Shown one piece after another: positions 9,503-18,604 of a stretch of DNA of 64,000 nucleotides. Source of the DNA: Dehalococcoidia bacterium (lineage in GTDB: Bacteria; Chloroflexota; Dehalococcoidia; Lucifugimonadales; UBA3495); assembly GCA_965197655.1 (NCBI GenBank), contig OZ240220.1, positions 993,788 through 1,057,787 of the forward strand, in the 5' to 3' direction. The position numbers and the translations under genes were made by a program. Numbering within the stretch: the first letter of the stretch is position 1; every line of letters starts with the position of its first letter. Below the pieces are notes generated by a model. That model had not been told where the DNA came from. It saw only the letters and a program-made list of their open reading frames with translations, and did no database searches.

Positions 9503-10669
9503 CTAGCCGTTAGAGTTAGTTGGAGGATGTTTCCGGGCCGCTCCGTCCACTATCTCAGCCAATTCTCTTGAGAACTGCTCTCGCTGCCAGGCCCGAATCT
9601 CGACAGCTTCCGTTCCCGCCAACTCGGTTTTCCAGGTGTTGGGCTGCTGGGCCAAACGCTCCAGGCTGGCCGCCGGCCAAAGCAGCGCCGGGTCCAAGCC
9701 CAGTTCGGCGCTCTTATTCAGCCGCCACTGCTTCAGGACTTGCAAGCGGGCCTGGACATCCCGGCTCAGGAAATGGTTTCGCCGGGTCCGGGCCGGGCGG
9801 TTAACTACCGGGCCGCCCTGTCCTCGTTTTACCGCCTCCCTTATCTTGCTTCCCGCCCGGCGAACCAACTGCGGGGATAAGTCCGGCACCTCTTCCAGGG
9901 GAACGTGGGGCGTTTGGGTCAGGTAGAGCAGGGTTTCGTTCCGCATAACCCGGTAGGCCGGCCAGTCCAGTCGTTCCGCTTCCAGCTCTCTAAACTCAAA
10001 CAGTTCCTTCAAAACTGCCAACTCCCGCGGGCTTAGGCGGTCACTCCCTTTCACTCTGAAAAAGGCCGGTTCGGTTCCTTCATGAGGGATTGCCCCGGCT
10101 TCTTGCAAGCGCGAAAACTCCTCTTTAACCCAGTCAAGCCGGCCGGCTTCAGCCAGGAGTTGGCGCAATTTGTCCGCGAGGGGAATGAGGTGTTGAACAT
10201 CGGCGGCAGCGTAAGCCACAGCTTCAGGAGGGAGGGGACGCAGCGCCCAATTCGACCGTTGCAGCCGCCGGCTCTTGGGTATCTCCACCCCCAGAAAATT
10301 GCGCAAAACGTCGGCCAGGTTAGGGCTGAGCATCCCCAGAAACCGGGCGCAGGTCTCAGTGTCGAACAGCCCGGATACCTTGAACCCGTACTCTCGGTAA
10401 AAGGAGCGCAGGTCATAGTCAGACCCATGTAGTATTTTGGTAACCGACGGGTCGTTCAGGATTGCTCCCAAAGCGGATAGGTCAGTCACGGCCAAGGGGT
10501 CAAGCAGGTAGGCGGAATCGGCGCTCCCTATCTGGATTAGGCAAATCCGGCCTCGATAGGCGTACATACTGTTGGCTTCGGTATCAATCGCCAATTCGGT
10601 TTCGTGGGCCAAGCGGGCGGCGATTTGCTCCCATTCCTGCTGTTTGGTGATTAACTGGGGCCGGTTCAC
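9503..10669 (-). CDS. rnd: Ribonuclease D (DEDD 3'-5' exonuclease plus HRDC)
   Basis: AIDTEANS, HGSDYDL and YAAADVQHL exo motifs I-III, then an HRDC-like C-terminal region. GTG start. Confidence 0.85.
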   Translation of the reverse strand: MNRPQLITKQQEWEQIAARLAHETELAIDTEANSMYAYRGRICLIQIGSADSAYLLDPLAVTDLSALGAILNDPSVTKILHGSDYDLRSFYREYGFKVSGLFDTETCARFLGMLSPNLADVLRNFLGVEIPKSRRLQRSNWALRPLPPEAVAYAAADVQHLIPLADKLRQLLAEAGRLDWVKEEFSRLQEAGAIPHEGTEPAFFRVKGSDRLSPRELAVLKELFEFRELEAERLDWPAYRVMRNETLLYLTQTPHVPLEEVPDLSPQLVRRAGSKIREAVKRGQGGPVVNRPARTRRNHFLSRDVQARLQVLKQWRLNKSAELGLDPALLWPAASLERLAQQPNTWKTELAGTEAVEIRAWQREQFSRELAEIVDGAARKHPPTNSNG

Positions 10670-10730
10670 TTACCCTCCAACTTACTCTCCATTGGGGTCT
10701 CAAACGGTCGCTTTGCGTTCAGTATAGCAG

Positions 10731-10864
10731 ACCGGGCCTTTCGCTTTTCAGCGGGGTTGGCGGGCGGCGGCGGGCAACCACCAGGGTTGCCCCTACGCCC
10801 AGGATGTTCTGTTTGGTGGGGGCTGCCCTTGTGGCAGCCCAGGGAGAAGAACCGAAAGACCCTG
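10731..10864. repeat. Palindromic repeat family C, second copy
   Basis: Shares gggttgcccctacgcccaggatgttctg...ggctgcccttgtggcagcccagggagaagaaccgaaagaccctg with 6740-6869. Confidence 0.85.
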
Positions 10865-10874
10865 GGATAGTAGA

Positions 10875-10988
10875 TAGGACGATTGCAAAGTCCGCGCCAA
10901 GCACCAAACCCGTTCGTGGTGAGCTTGTCGAACCATACCGCCTGGCCCTTCGACAAGCTCAGGGCGAACGGACTTTGCAATCGTCCTA
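10875..10988. mobile_element. MITE-like element with 19-bp terminal inverted repeats and a perfect 10-bp TSD
   Basis: TIR taggacgattgcaaagtcc / ggactttgcaatcgtccta. Flanked by GGATAGTAGA at 10865-10874 and 10989-10998. Interior is a nested palindrome (gagcttgtcgaa...ttcgacaagctc). Confidence 0.8.
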
Positions 10989-11071
10989 GGATAGTAGAGG
11001 GGTTGCTTTCCCGGTTCATAGCCCGATGCTATACTTGGGCCGTAGTAGCCTTATGTGATTATGGAGGAAGC

Positions 11072-11854
11072 ATGAACGGAGCGGAATTGAAAGCCACCCT
11101 GCAAGCGGGTGGCCGGGTATATGGCACGATGATAACCCACGGGCGCAATCCCCGCTGGGTGGAAGCCCTGGGCGGCATCGGCCTGGATTACGTGGTGATC
11201 GATACGGAGCATGGGCCGCGCAGCCGGGCCGAGTTGGCCGATTACCTGGCCGCCTTTAGCGGCTCCGGCGTGGTTCCCATTATGCGCATCCCCATACCGG
11301 CCTCCCACTATGTAACGATGGCCCTGGATGCCGGGGCGCAGGGGATTTTGGCGCCCTACTGCGAAACGGTGGAAGAGGTCAAGGAGGTAATCGGCGCAGC
11401 CAAGTGGCGCCCCTTGAAGGGCGAAGCGGTCCGGCGCCTGATGGACAGCGGCGAGCACGTCAGCGACGCCAGCCGTGCCTACCTGGAACAGCGCAACCGG
11501 AATACTGTCGCCATCATCGGCATCGAAAGTGTGACGGCGGTCAACAACCTGGAAGAAATCCTGAAGGTGCCAGGGATTGACGGCATCTTTGTTGGGCCGA
11601 ATGATATGAGCATATCCGTGGGCTACCCCGACCAGTACGACCGTCCCGAATACCAGGATACGGTCAAGAAGGTAATAGACACCTCGGAAGCGCACGGAAT
11701 CCCGACCCTGGTGCATCACCAGACGTCAGACCTGTCCGCCCACTGGGTCCGGCAAGGGGCGCGTTTTGTGCTGCACACCACCGACCGGCGTACGCTGGCC
11801 GAGGCTTATCGGCGGGATTTCGCGGCTTTAAGGGAAGTGGCGGCGGAAAACTAG
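11072..11854 (+). CDS. HpcH/HpaI-family aldolase
   Basis: GLDYVVIDTEHGP plus a TIM-barrel aldolase pattern. ATG 11072 follows GGAGGA; the longer ORF in the track reads through repeats. Confidence 0.75.
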   Translation: MNGAELKATLQAGGRVYGTMITHGRNPRWVEALGGIGLDYVVIDTEHGPRSRAELADYLAAFSGSGVVPIMRIPIPASHYVTMALDAGAQGILAPYCETVEEVKEVIGAAKWRPLKGEAVRRLMDSGEHVSDASRAYLEQRNRNTVAIIGIESVTAVNNLEEILKVPGIDGIFVGPNDMSISVGYPDQYDRPEYQDTVKKVIDTSEAHGIPTLVHHQTSDLSAHWVRQGARFVLHTTDRRTLAEAYRRDFAALREVAAEN

Positions 11855-11861
11855 GCGTTGC

Positions 11862-12146
11862 CTACTGCCTGTCTTTAGACTCCCAGCGGCGGCGCAGGGT
11901 GTCGATATAGACTCGTTCATAGTCCCCGTGATGGCCGGTGTGGGCCGAGTCGGCAAGCTGCTCGGCCCACAGGTATTCCACGTCTTCCCAGCGGATGGGG
12001 TAGGGGGGCTGGTCAAAGAAGGTGGTTACCGCCGTGTTGGGGTCGGACGCCTCCATATAGCCCATCATCTGGAAGTTGTCGTAGTGGTTGCCGCGGTCGG
12101 AAATGAACCTTCCCTTCATTGCGGCGAGGATAACGAAAGCTGGCAT
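11862..12146 (-). CDS. Hypothetical protein
   Basis: 94-aa ORF with non-repetitive composition. No family recognised. Confidence 0.4.
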   Translation of the reverse strand: MPAFVILAAMKGRFISDRGNHYDNFQMMGYMEASDPNTAVTTFFDQPPYPIRWEDVEYLWAEQLADSAHTGHHGDYERVYIDTLRRRWESKDRQ

Positions 12147-12282
12147 AGATAAATCTCTAGCCTATTGCGTTCCTTTTCACCCGGAGGCGTCGAGAAACAG
12201 AGGCTTCTCTGGGTAACTCCGTGCCTCCGCGTCTCTGTGTGAAAAAAGTCCAGACAAAAATGAACCGCCAACCACCGCCGAA

Positions 12283-13437
12283 CTACCTGGCAAAAATATG
12301 AACGGTGGTAACGTCCCCCGCTCCGGAGCATTGGGCCAGCCCAACCTGAGCCTTGGCAACCTGCCGGGGCCCGGCCTCTCCGCGTAGCTGGGTCACCGTT
12401 TCGTGGACCATTCGGATACCAGTAGCGCCAAAGGGGTGTCCCATTGCCAACAGCCCGCCGTCGGTATTTACCGGCAGGTCACCGGTCAGGGTGGTGCGGC
12501 CCTCCAGGGTAGCCCGCCAGGCTTCGCCCTTGGGGGTCAGTTGCAACGCCTCTATTTGCTGCAATTCCCCGATAGTGGCAGCATCGTGGACTTGTACCAG
12601 GTCCACGTCCTCCGGCCCCAGCCCGCTCATTTCATAAGCCGCCAGGGCTGCCGGTTCGGTGCGGTAAGGACTGAAAGCGGAATGGTCGCTGCCCCGCCCG
12701 TTGTAGTTGCCGGAGGTCAAGGTAGCTGCCAGTATCCGCACCGCCCGGGACTCGTCCAAGCCGTACCGTCCCAGGGCATCGCGGGCGCAAAGAATGGCGG
12801 CGGCAGAACCTTCGCTGGTGGGACAGCACTGGTAGAGGGTCAGCGGGTCGGCAATGGGCCGCGACGCCAGCACCTCCTCCACCGTATAGGTTTCCTTGCG
12901 GTGGGCGTAGGGATTCAGGGCGGCGTTCTGCCGAGCTTTGACGGTGACCTGGGCCAGGGCTGCTGCCGGCGCGCCGGTCTCTTCCATGTAGCGACGCATC
13001 CGCAGGGCATAGCCGGCCATCATGTGGTCGCCGCCGATGTACCGCTCCGGGCTGTCCTCGGCGGTTACGGTTACCGGGCCGCCGGGAACTTTTTCCGCGC
13101 CGAAGGCCAGAGCCAGGTCATAAACCCCGGAGGTGATACCCCAGTAGGCTTGCCAGAAGGCGGTTGAGCCGCTGGAGCAAGCGTTTTCCACGTTAATTAT
13201 CGGTATCCCGGTCAGGCCCAAGCTGCCCAGAGCAGTTTCGCCTATCGACATTCCTTGATAATAGACGTGGCCGAAATAGGCCACCGGAATGTCCTGCCAG
13301 CGGACGCCGCAGTCCTTCAGGGCCTCAATGACCGACTCTTGGGCCAGGGTTGCCAGGTCCTTCTCACGAAACCGGCCAAAGGGGTGCAGTCCGACCCCGA
13401 CTACTACCACATCCCGACCGGACTTGAACTGAGTCAC
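12283..13437 (-). CDS. SCP-x-type thiolase / acetyl-CoA acetyltransferase-family protein
   Basis: VENACSSGSTAF active-site Cys region and C-terminal GHPFGATG. GTG 13437 follows GGAGG and overlaps the upstream stop (GTGA). Confidence 0.8.
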   Translation of the reverse strand: MTQFKSGRDVVVVGVGLHPFGRFREKDLATLAQESVIEALKDCGVRWQDIPVAYFGHVYYQGMSIGETALGSLGLTGIPIINVENACSSGSTAFWQAYWGITSGVYDLALAFGAEKVPGGPVTVTAEDSPERYIGGDHMMAGYALRMRRYMEETGAPAAALAQVTVKARQNAALNPYAHRKETYTVEEVLASRPIADPLTLYQCCPTSEGSAAAILCARDALGRYGLDESRAVRILAATLTSGNYNGRGSDHSAFSPYRTEPAALAAYEMSGLGPEDVDLVQVHDAATIGELQQIEALQLTPKGEAWRATLEGRTTLTGDLPVNTDGGLLAMGHPFGATGIRMVHETVTQLRGEAGPRQVAKAQVGLAQCSGAGDVTTVHIFAR

Positions 13438-13895
13438 TCCCTTGCCTCCTTCCCGGCCTCCGCCGGCGGTCCTACCGGCTGCCACTTGTAAACAATTCTC
13501 GCCCGGCCCGACTCATTGGCCTGGACTCTTTGCAGGGCCAACTCAACCGCCAAGCCGATTTTCAAGTTCCCTTCGGCGCAATCCACCACTTCAGCTAAAA
13601 TATGGGGGCCTTCGGGCAGCTCGACTTCTCCCAGCGTGTAGGGAACCGGGCCAGGCCAACCGGCCGGCGGCACCCGGACAATGGTGAAGCTGTAAAGCAT
13701 TCCCTTTCTGCTCAGCTCCACCGCTTCCAGGTCGTCCGAAGAACAGGCCTGGCAGAAAATGGCCGCGCCAAAAACGTAGATTCCACAGTTTCGACAGCGC
13801 ATACCTAACAGTACGCCGGTTGTTCCTGCCGGGTCGGTTAGCCGCAACCGGCTTGGGTCAACCGAGATTGCCGTAGCTTCCGTTGACGTTGTCAT
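13434..13895 (-). CDS. DUF35 Zn-ribbon/OB-fold protein (thiolase partner)
   Basis: CRNCG...CQAC zinc ribbon followed by an OB-fold region. Translationally coupled to the thiolase gene. Confidence 0.75.
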   Translation of the reverse strand: MTTSTEATAISVDPSRLRLTDPAGTTGVLLGMRCRNCGIYVFGAAIFCQACSSDDLEAVELSRKGMLYSFTIVRVPPAGWPGPVPYTLGEVELPEGPHILAEVVDCAEGNLKIGLAVELALQRVQANESGRARIVYKWQPVGPPAEAGKEARE

Positions 13896-13992
13896 GCCAT
13901 AGCCCCTGTTTTCAGTCGTAAGGAGTTTGCCTTGCAATGGAAATTCAGCTTAATTCAGCTACCGGGTGGTGTCAACCGAGGCGGTGTGGCGG

Positions 13993-14144
13993 CAGGGCAA
14001 TCGCATTAGACCGAAGAACGAATACCCGTCGTTCCTGCGAAAGCAGGAACCTCTGCCCCTGACGCCAATAGATTCCTGCTTTCGCAGGAATGACGAGTAG
14101 GGCGCAGGATGACGGGTTCCCCCGATTCCAAATGCGATAGCCCT
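13993..14144. repeat. Family A element (TIR cagggcaatcgcat plus double-hairpin core)
   Basis: cagggcaatcgcatt...cgtcgttcctgcgaaagcaggaac...ttcctgctttcgcaggaatgacg...aaatgcgatagccct. Confidence 0.8.
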
Positions 14145-14281
14145 ACCCCAACCACTGCCCCCTATTGACCCTGCCATTGGCCCGTGATAGCTTGAACGGC
14201 GGAAGGCTCCTCCGTTCTCTACCTTTGATCAAGTCTTCAATAACTGCGCCGGCATCGACGGAAAGCGGGAAAGCAGGAAAT

Positions 14282-15976
14282 ATGGCAGCAAGTATAACCG
14301 GCCCCACGGATACTATCCGCCCGATGTGGGAAATGTCGCTGGGCGAGTTCCTGGATGGGGTGGTACGCCGCAATCCGGACAAGGTGTTTCTGGAGATTGC
14401 CGGCCAGTCCATCACCTACCATGACTTTCACCGGAGGGTTAGGCAAACCGCCGGAATGTTCCAGGAAATGGGGGTAGGCTGCGGCGACCGGGTTTGCCTC
14501 TTTCTGCCCAATTGCCCGGAGTTCCATTATTGCTGGTTCGGCCTCTCCCTGATTGGCGCCATCAGCGTTCCGGTCAACACGGCCTACAAGCGGGATGAGA
14601 CCGCCTTCATCCTGAACGACGCCGGCGCCAAAGCCGTAGTTACCCATCCTACCCTGCTGGCCGTAGCCGACGCAGCTGTTAACCTGACGCCGGGCGTTCA
14701 ACATAAACTGCTGGTAACCACGCCGGTGGGGAGCGATGCCCCGGCTCCGTCAGCCCCGGAAGAACCTGCTTTGGGCACTGCTTTCGACCCTGCTGTGGGA
14801 GCCGAGTGGGCCAACTTTGACGATGCCCTGGCTCAAGCCCAGATGTTGGCCGAAACGCCGGAAGTATTGCCGCAGGACATCGCAATGCTGGTCTATACCT
14901 CCGGCACCACCGGCAACCCCAAGGGGGTGCAGGTGACCCACCTGATGTACGTGGCTGCCGGGCAGGGATTCGCCCACTGGACCGAAGCCACCGAAGATGA
15001 CCGCTTCTTTACCTGCCTGCCCTTCTTCCACGCTAACGCCCAGTATTACTCTACGATGGGCGCCCTGGCCGCCGGCGCCACGCTGGTGGTCGCCGAGCGG
15101 TTCAGCGCCTCTCGCTTTTGGGAGCAGGTGCGCGGGGCCGACGCTACGGTGGTGAACTTTATCGGGATGATGATGCCGGTGCTGTCCAAACAGCCGCCCT
15201 CCGAACTGGACCGGGCCAACCGGGTCAGGCTTTTCTATGGGTCTCCCGCCTTTGCACCGGAGTTCCTGCAAGACTTTCAGGACCGGTTCGGCACCGACAT
15301 AATCGTCGGTTTCGGTATGACCGAAACCTGCTACGGCTCCATCGAGCAAATCGGACAGCGCCGCCGGCCCAACTCCTCCGGTTCGCCCCGGCTGCATCCC
15401 GATTCCCGGTTTCTCAATCAAATCCGCATCGTGGACGACTCCGGCAATCCGGTCGCCAATGGCGCGGCGGGAGAAATTACCATCAAAAACCCCGCGCTGA
15501 TGCCCGGTTACTGGCGCAATGAGGAGCAGACCCGCCTGGCGTTGCGGGACGGTTGGCTGCACACCGGAGATTTGGGCTGGCAGGACGAAGACGGCTACCT
15601 TTACTTCGTTGACCGAAAAAAGGACGTCATCCGGCGGCGGGGCGAGAATATATCCTCCCAGGAAGTGGAAGATGTGATTAAGCGCCATCCGTCGGTGTTG
15701 GATTGCGCCGTAATCGCCGTGCCGTCAGAGTTGGGCGAGGATGAGGTCAAAGCCTACGTGACGCCCCGCCCGCCGGCCGAAATAGAGCCGGAAGCAATAG
15801 TTTACTGGTGCGCCGACAATCTGGCCTACTTCAAGGTTCCCCGCTACCTTGAGGTGCGCGAGGAACTGCCTCGCACACCCAGCCTGCGGGTACGCAAGGA
15901 CCTGTTGCGGCAGGAACGGGATAATCTGGTGGAGGGCTGCTTTGACCGGGAAGAGGCCGGCATTCGACTCCGGTAA
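14282..15976 (+). CDS. AMP-dependent acyl-CoA synthetase/ligase
   Basis: YTSGTTGNPKGV (AMP-binding motif I), GFGMTET and TGDLG...DRKKD. I chose the internal ATG 14282. Confidence 0.85.
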   Translation: MAASITGPTDTIRPMWEMSLGEFLDGVVRRNPDKVFLEIAGQSITYHDFHRRVRQTAGMFQEMGVGCGDRVCLFLPNCPEFHYCWFGLSLIGAISVPVNTAYKRDETAFILNDAGAKAVVTHPTLLAVADAAVNLTPGVQHKLLVTTPVGSDAPAPSAPEEPALGTAFDPAVGAEWANFDDALAQAQMLAETPEVLPQDIAMLVYTSGTTGNPKGVQVTHLMYVAAGQGFAHWTEATEDDRFFTCLPFFHANAQYYSTMGALAAGATLVVAERFSASRFWEQVRGADATVVNFIGMMMPVLSKQPPSELDRANRVRLFYGSPAFAPEFLQDFQDRFGTDIIVGFGMTETCYGSIEQIGQRRRPNSSGSPRLHPDSRFLNQIRIVDDSGNPVANGAAGEITIKNPALMPGYWRNEEQTRLALRDGWLHTGDLGWQDEDGYLYFVDRKKDVIRRRGENISSQEVEDVIKRHPSVLDCAVIAVPSELGEDEVKAYVTPRPPAEIEPEAIVYWCADNLAYFKVPRYLEVREELPRTPSLRVRKDLLRQERDNLVEGCFDREEAGIRLR

Positions 15977-16011
15977 GGCTGCCGGGAGCCGTTTACCCGC
16001 CCTACCGAGGC

Positions 16012-16083
16012 CCCGTCGTTCCTGCGCAGGCAGGAACCTAAAACCTCGAGAACAGAGGTTCCTGCCTGCGCAGGAACGACGGG
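16012..16083. repeat. Family A double-hairpin core only
   Basis: cccgtcgttcctgcgcaggcaggaacc-N-ggttcctgcctgcgcaggaacgacggg, 36 nt after the ligase stop. Confidence 0.85.
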
Positions 16084-16237
16084 AAAGGGTTCTTACCCAT
16101 CATCTGCCGTTGCCCGGCCCGGCTTACGCGGCGGCATTTTACCCGGTTCCTTTATGGTCTATAATTGTTAGCAAGATAGGCGAAGACAGCCCGGGTAACC
16201 TGAATTATCCGACGGTCAATTCGCCGCTGGGGGTGGT

Positions 16238-16585
16238 ATGAACAAGATAGAGGCAATCATCAGGCCGGAGAAACTAACCAGCGTTAAGGACGCCCTGGCC
16301 GCCGGCGGGCTGCCCGGCCTAAACGTAACCCAGGTTACCGGGCGGGGAGCGCAGTTGGGCATAGCAGTTGGCGGGCCTCGGGGTGTTGCCGGTAGCTATG
16401 TGGTGGATATGCTGCCCAAGGTTAAGTTGGAAACCGTGGTTCGGGACGAGGATAGCCAGCGGGCAATTGACATAATCGTCCAGAACGCCCGTACCGGAAA
16501 CATTGGCGACGGCAAGATTTTCATAACGCCCGTGGCAAATGCCATCCGTATCCGAACCGGCGAAGAGGGCGAAATTGCCCTCTAG
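16238..16585 (+). CDS. PII (GlnB/GlnK-family) signal-transduction protein with divergent T-loop
   Basis: MNKIEAIIRPEKL...TGNIGDGKIFITPV...IRIRTGEEGE. T-loop region is GRGAQLGIAVGGPRGVAGSYVVD. Confidence 0.85.
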   Translation: MNKIEAIIRPEKLTSVKDALAAGGLPGLNVTQVTGRGAQLGIAVGGPRGVAGSYVVDMLPKVKLETVVRDEDSQRAIDIIVQNARTGNIGDGKIFITPVANAIRIRTGEEGEIAL

Positions 16586-16874
16586 CGGCGCCCGGATACG
16601 GTGCCAGTGGGGCGCATGGCTGGTTAAGACGAGGCTCAGCACTGCCGGTGATATCACCGAAAAACGGTTACTGCCGCCTTGGAAGGGCTGCAACCGGGTA
16701 TGCTATTCTGTTCCTGCCTAAAGTCACACCGACCAGCGGGGTCGGAACGGTAGAATCCTTAACCTGAGGAGCTTCAATCTGGTCTGCCCGGCCCGGCTTC
16801 AAGGCCCGGCTCCAGGATTGAGAATGGCTATAGCTTGGACGGAGCGACCCCGCCCGGTTTTAAGAGGGGAAGAG

Positions 16875-17351
16875 ATGGCAGAACGAAGATATTGGCTGTT
16901 TAAGTCCGAACCTAAATCTTACTCCTTTAGCGAACTACTAGCGGAGGAGAACCGTACCGATTATTGGGACGGCATCCGTAATTATCAGGTTCGCAATATG
17001 ATGCGGGACGAGATCAAGGCCGGCGACGGGGTGCTTTTTTACCACAGCAGCGCCAAGCCGACCGCGGTTGTAGGCACGGCGCGGGTGGTGCGGGAAGCCT
17101 ACCCGGACTTTAACGCCTGGGACCCGAACAACAAATACTATGACCCCAAAAGCGACCCGGCCAATCCTACCTGGCTGATGGTTGATATCCGGGCAGACCA
17201 GGAATTTGCCCGTCCGGTTACCTTGCAGGAAATTAAGCAGAACCCCAAACTTCAAGATATGATGCTGGTCAAGCGGGGCGTCCGGCTCTCCGTCCAGCCG
17301 GTCAGCAAAGAGGCTTGGGATGAAATTGTGGCCTTGGGAATTGGGGAGTAG
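16875..17351 (+). CDS. EVE (PUA-like) domain protein
   Basis: RYWLFKSEPKSYSF...WDGIRNYQVRN...VLFYHS...VVGTARVV is the typical EVE/THYN1 pattern. Confidence 0.8.
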   Translation: MAERRYWLFKSEPKSYSFSELLAEENRTDYWDGIRNYQVRNMMRDEIKAGDGVLFYHSSAKPTAVVGTARVVREAYPDFNAWDPNNKYYDPKSDPANPTWLMVDIRADQEFARPVTLQEIKQNPKLQDMMLVKRGVRLSVQPVSKEAWDEIVALGIGE

Positions 17352-17484
17352 GCGCCCAACGGCCCAACGATCGTAGGGACCGGCGTAGAGACCGGTTTCA
17401 AATCTTCCCTGGTTTAGTGCAATAAGGCTCTGGCCGGGTGGTTTCCTCGGTAAGAAAAGGCGGGTCTCAAGCCCGCCCCCACAT

Positions 17485-17653
17485 CAGGGTCTTTTTATTG
17501 TCATCCGCCTTCCGGTGTCATTCTGAGCCGCTACTGTCATTCTGAGCGGAGCGAAGAATCCTGAATCTTTACCGCCAGAACCACCGTGGTGCCGGGCAAA
17601 TGGTTGGCAAATGAGGACTTTGGATTCTTCGTCGCTCCGCTCCTCAGAATGAC
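17485..17653. repeat. Palindromic repeat family B copy (abuts the IS)
   Basis: gtcattctgagcggagcgaagaatcc ... ggattcttcgtcgctccgctcctcagaatgac. Confidence 0.85.
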
Positions 17654-17961
17654 AACTAGGGAACCTCTGAACAATTGATAGCAATGACAATTTTCGAGTG
17701 TTGCGGGCTTTGGGGGGAGACTTAGGGCCGGCTAATTGGTCGGTTTTGGTAGATTCTTGAGCCTGGCCAGGCTCGGATTTCGGGTCTGTGGGTCGATGGG
17801 GCGCACTGCCCCCTGGGTCAACTGGCTAAAAGGGCTTGGGCCGGTCTCAGGTTGGCCAGCCCCAGCAGCAGGGCCACGCGTTCAGTGTTCTTGGCCAGGC
17901 CCCGGTAGCGTACTTTGGCATAGCCGAATAGCTGCTTTACGTCCAGGAAGGGGTGTTCCAC

Positions 17962-17984
17962 CCCCGCCTTCGCGGGGGCAGGCT
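17962..17984 (-). repeat. 23-nt hairpin mini-insertion, copy 2
   Basis: Minus-strand reading is AGCCTGCCCCCGCGAAGGCGGGG, inserted between codons AAG(K) and GTG(V). Confidence 0.8.
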
Positions 17985-18581
17985 CTTGGCCCGTATCGAT
18001 GCCTTGATCTTCTCTACTACTGCCTCCCCGCTGTCCGGTTCCAGTTTCCGCCGCTGCCCCGGCCTCATGGCCACCAGCCAGTCCACCGCCAATCCCAGGT
18101 TCTCGGGGCGCTGCTGCACTCCGGTGTAGCCGGCATCTCCCCACACCTGCCGCTCCCCGCCGTGCACCAACCGGTGTGTCTCGGTCACGTCATGCACGTT
18201 AGCTGAGGTGGCGCTGCGGCGATGCACCAGACCGGTCTTGGCGTCCGCCCCGATGTGCAGCTTCATCCCAAAGTGCCATTGATTGCCCTTTTTGGTCTGG
18301 TGCATCTCTGGGTCCCGCTGCCCGGTGCGGTTCTTGGTGGATGACGGCGCTTCAATGATAGTGGCGTCCACAATGGTTCCCTCCCGCAATCGCACTCCCT
18401 GCTCTTGCCGGTGACCCTTGATTTCCTCAAACAGTCCCTGGCCCAACTGATGACGCTCCAGCAGGTGGCGAAAGTGCAGGATGGTACTCTCATCGGGAAT
18501 CGGTTCCGACAACCGCAGCCCAGCAAACCGCCGTACCGACTCCGCTTCGTACAGCAGGTCTTCCAGGGCTGGGTCGCTCAG

Positions 18582-18604
18582 AGCCTGCCCCTGCGAAGGC
18601 AGGG
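18582..18604 (+). repeat. 23-nt hairpin mini-insertion, copy 1
   Basis: Plus-strand reading is AGCCTGCCCCTGCGAAGGCAGGG, inserted between codons AAC(N) and CTG(L) of the minus-strand gene. It differs from copy 2 only by a compensatory T-A to C-G stem pair. Confidence 0.8.

Noticed and set aside
10666-11019. ORFs reading through intergenic repeats. Also 6545-6791, 17484-17690, 20753-20944, 26520-26883, 28907-29452, 40676-41121 and 42873-43094
   Set aside because: They coincide with palindromic repeat or MITE copies. Both strands give ORFs with repeat-derived peptides (e.g. SFLRRQEP, PSPTRR), so they are not genes.
16084-16237. Glutamine (glnA-type) riboswitch upstream of the PII gene
   Set aside because: I could not find the conserved glnA-RNA core. 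Only a weak TATAAT box (16167-16172) is present.
17962-18604. The two inverted 23-mers as ends of a 643-bp inserted or invertible segment
   Set aside because: The DNA between them is the colinear middle of the transposase, in the correct orientation and frame. They are therefore two independent insertions, not the boundaries of a foreign or currently inverted segment.
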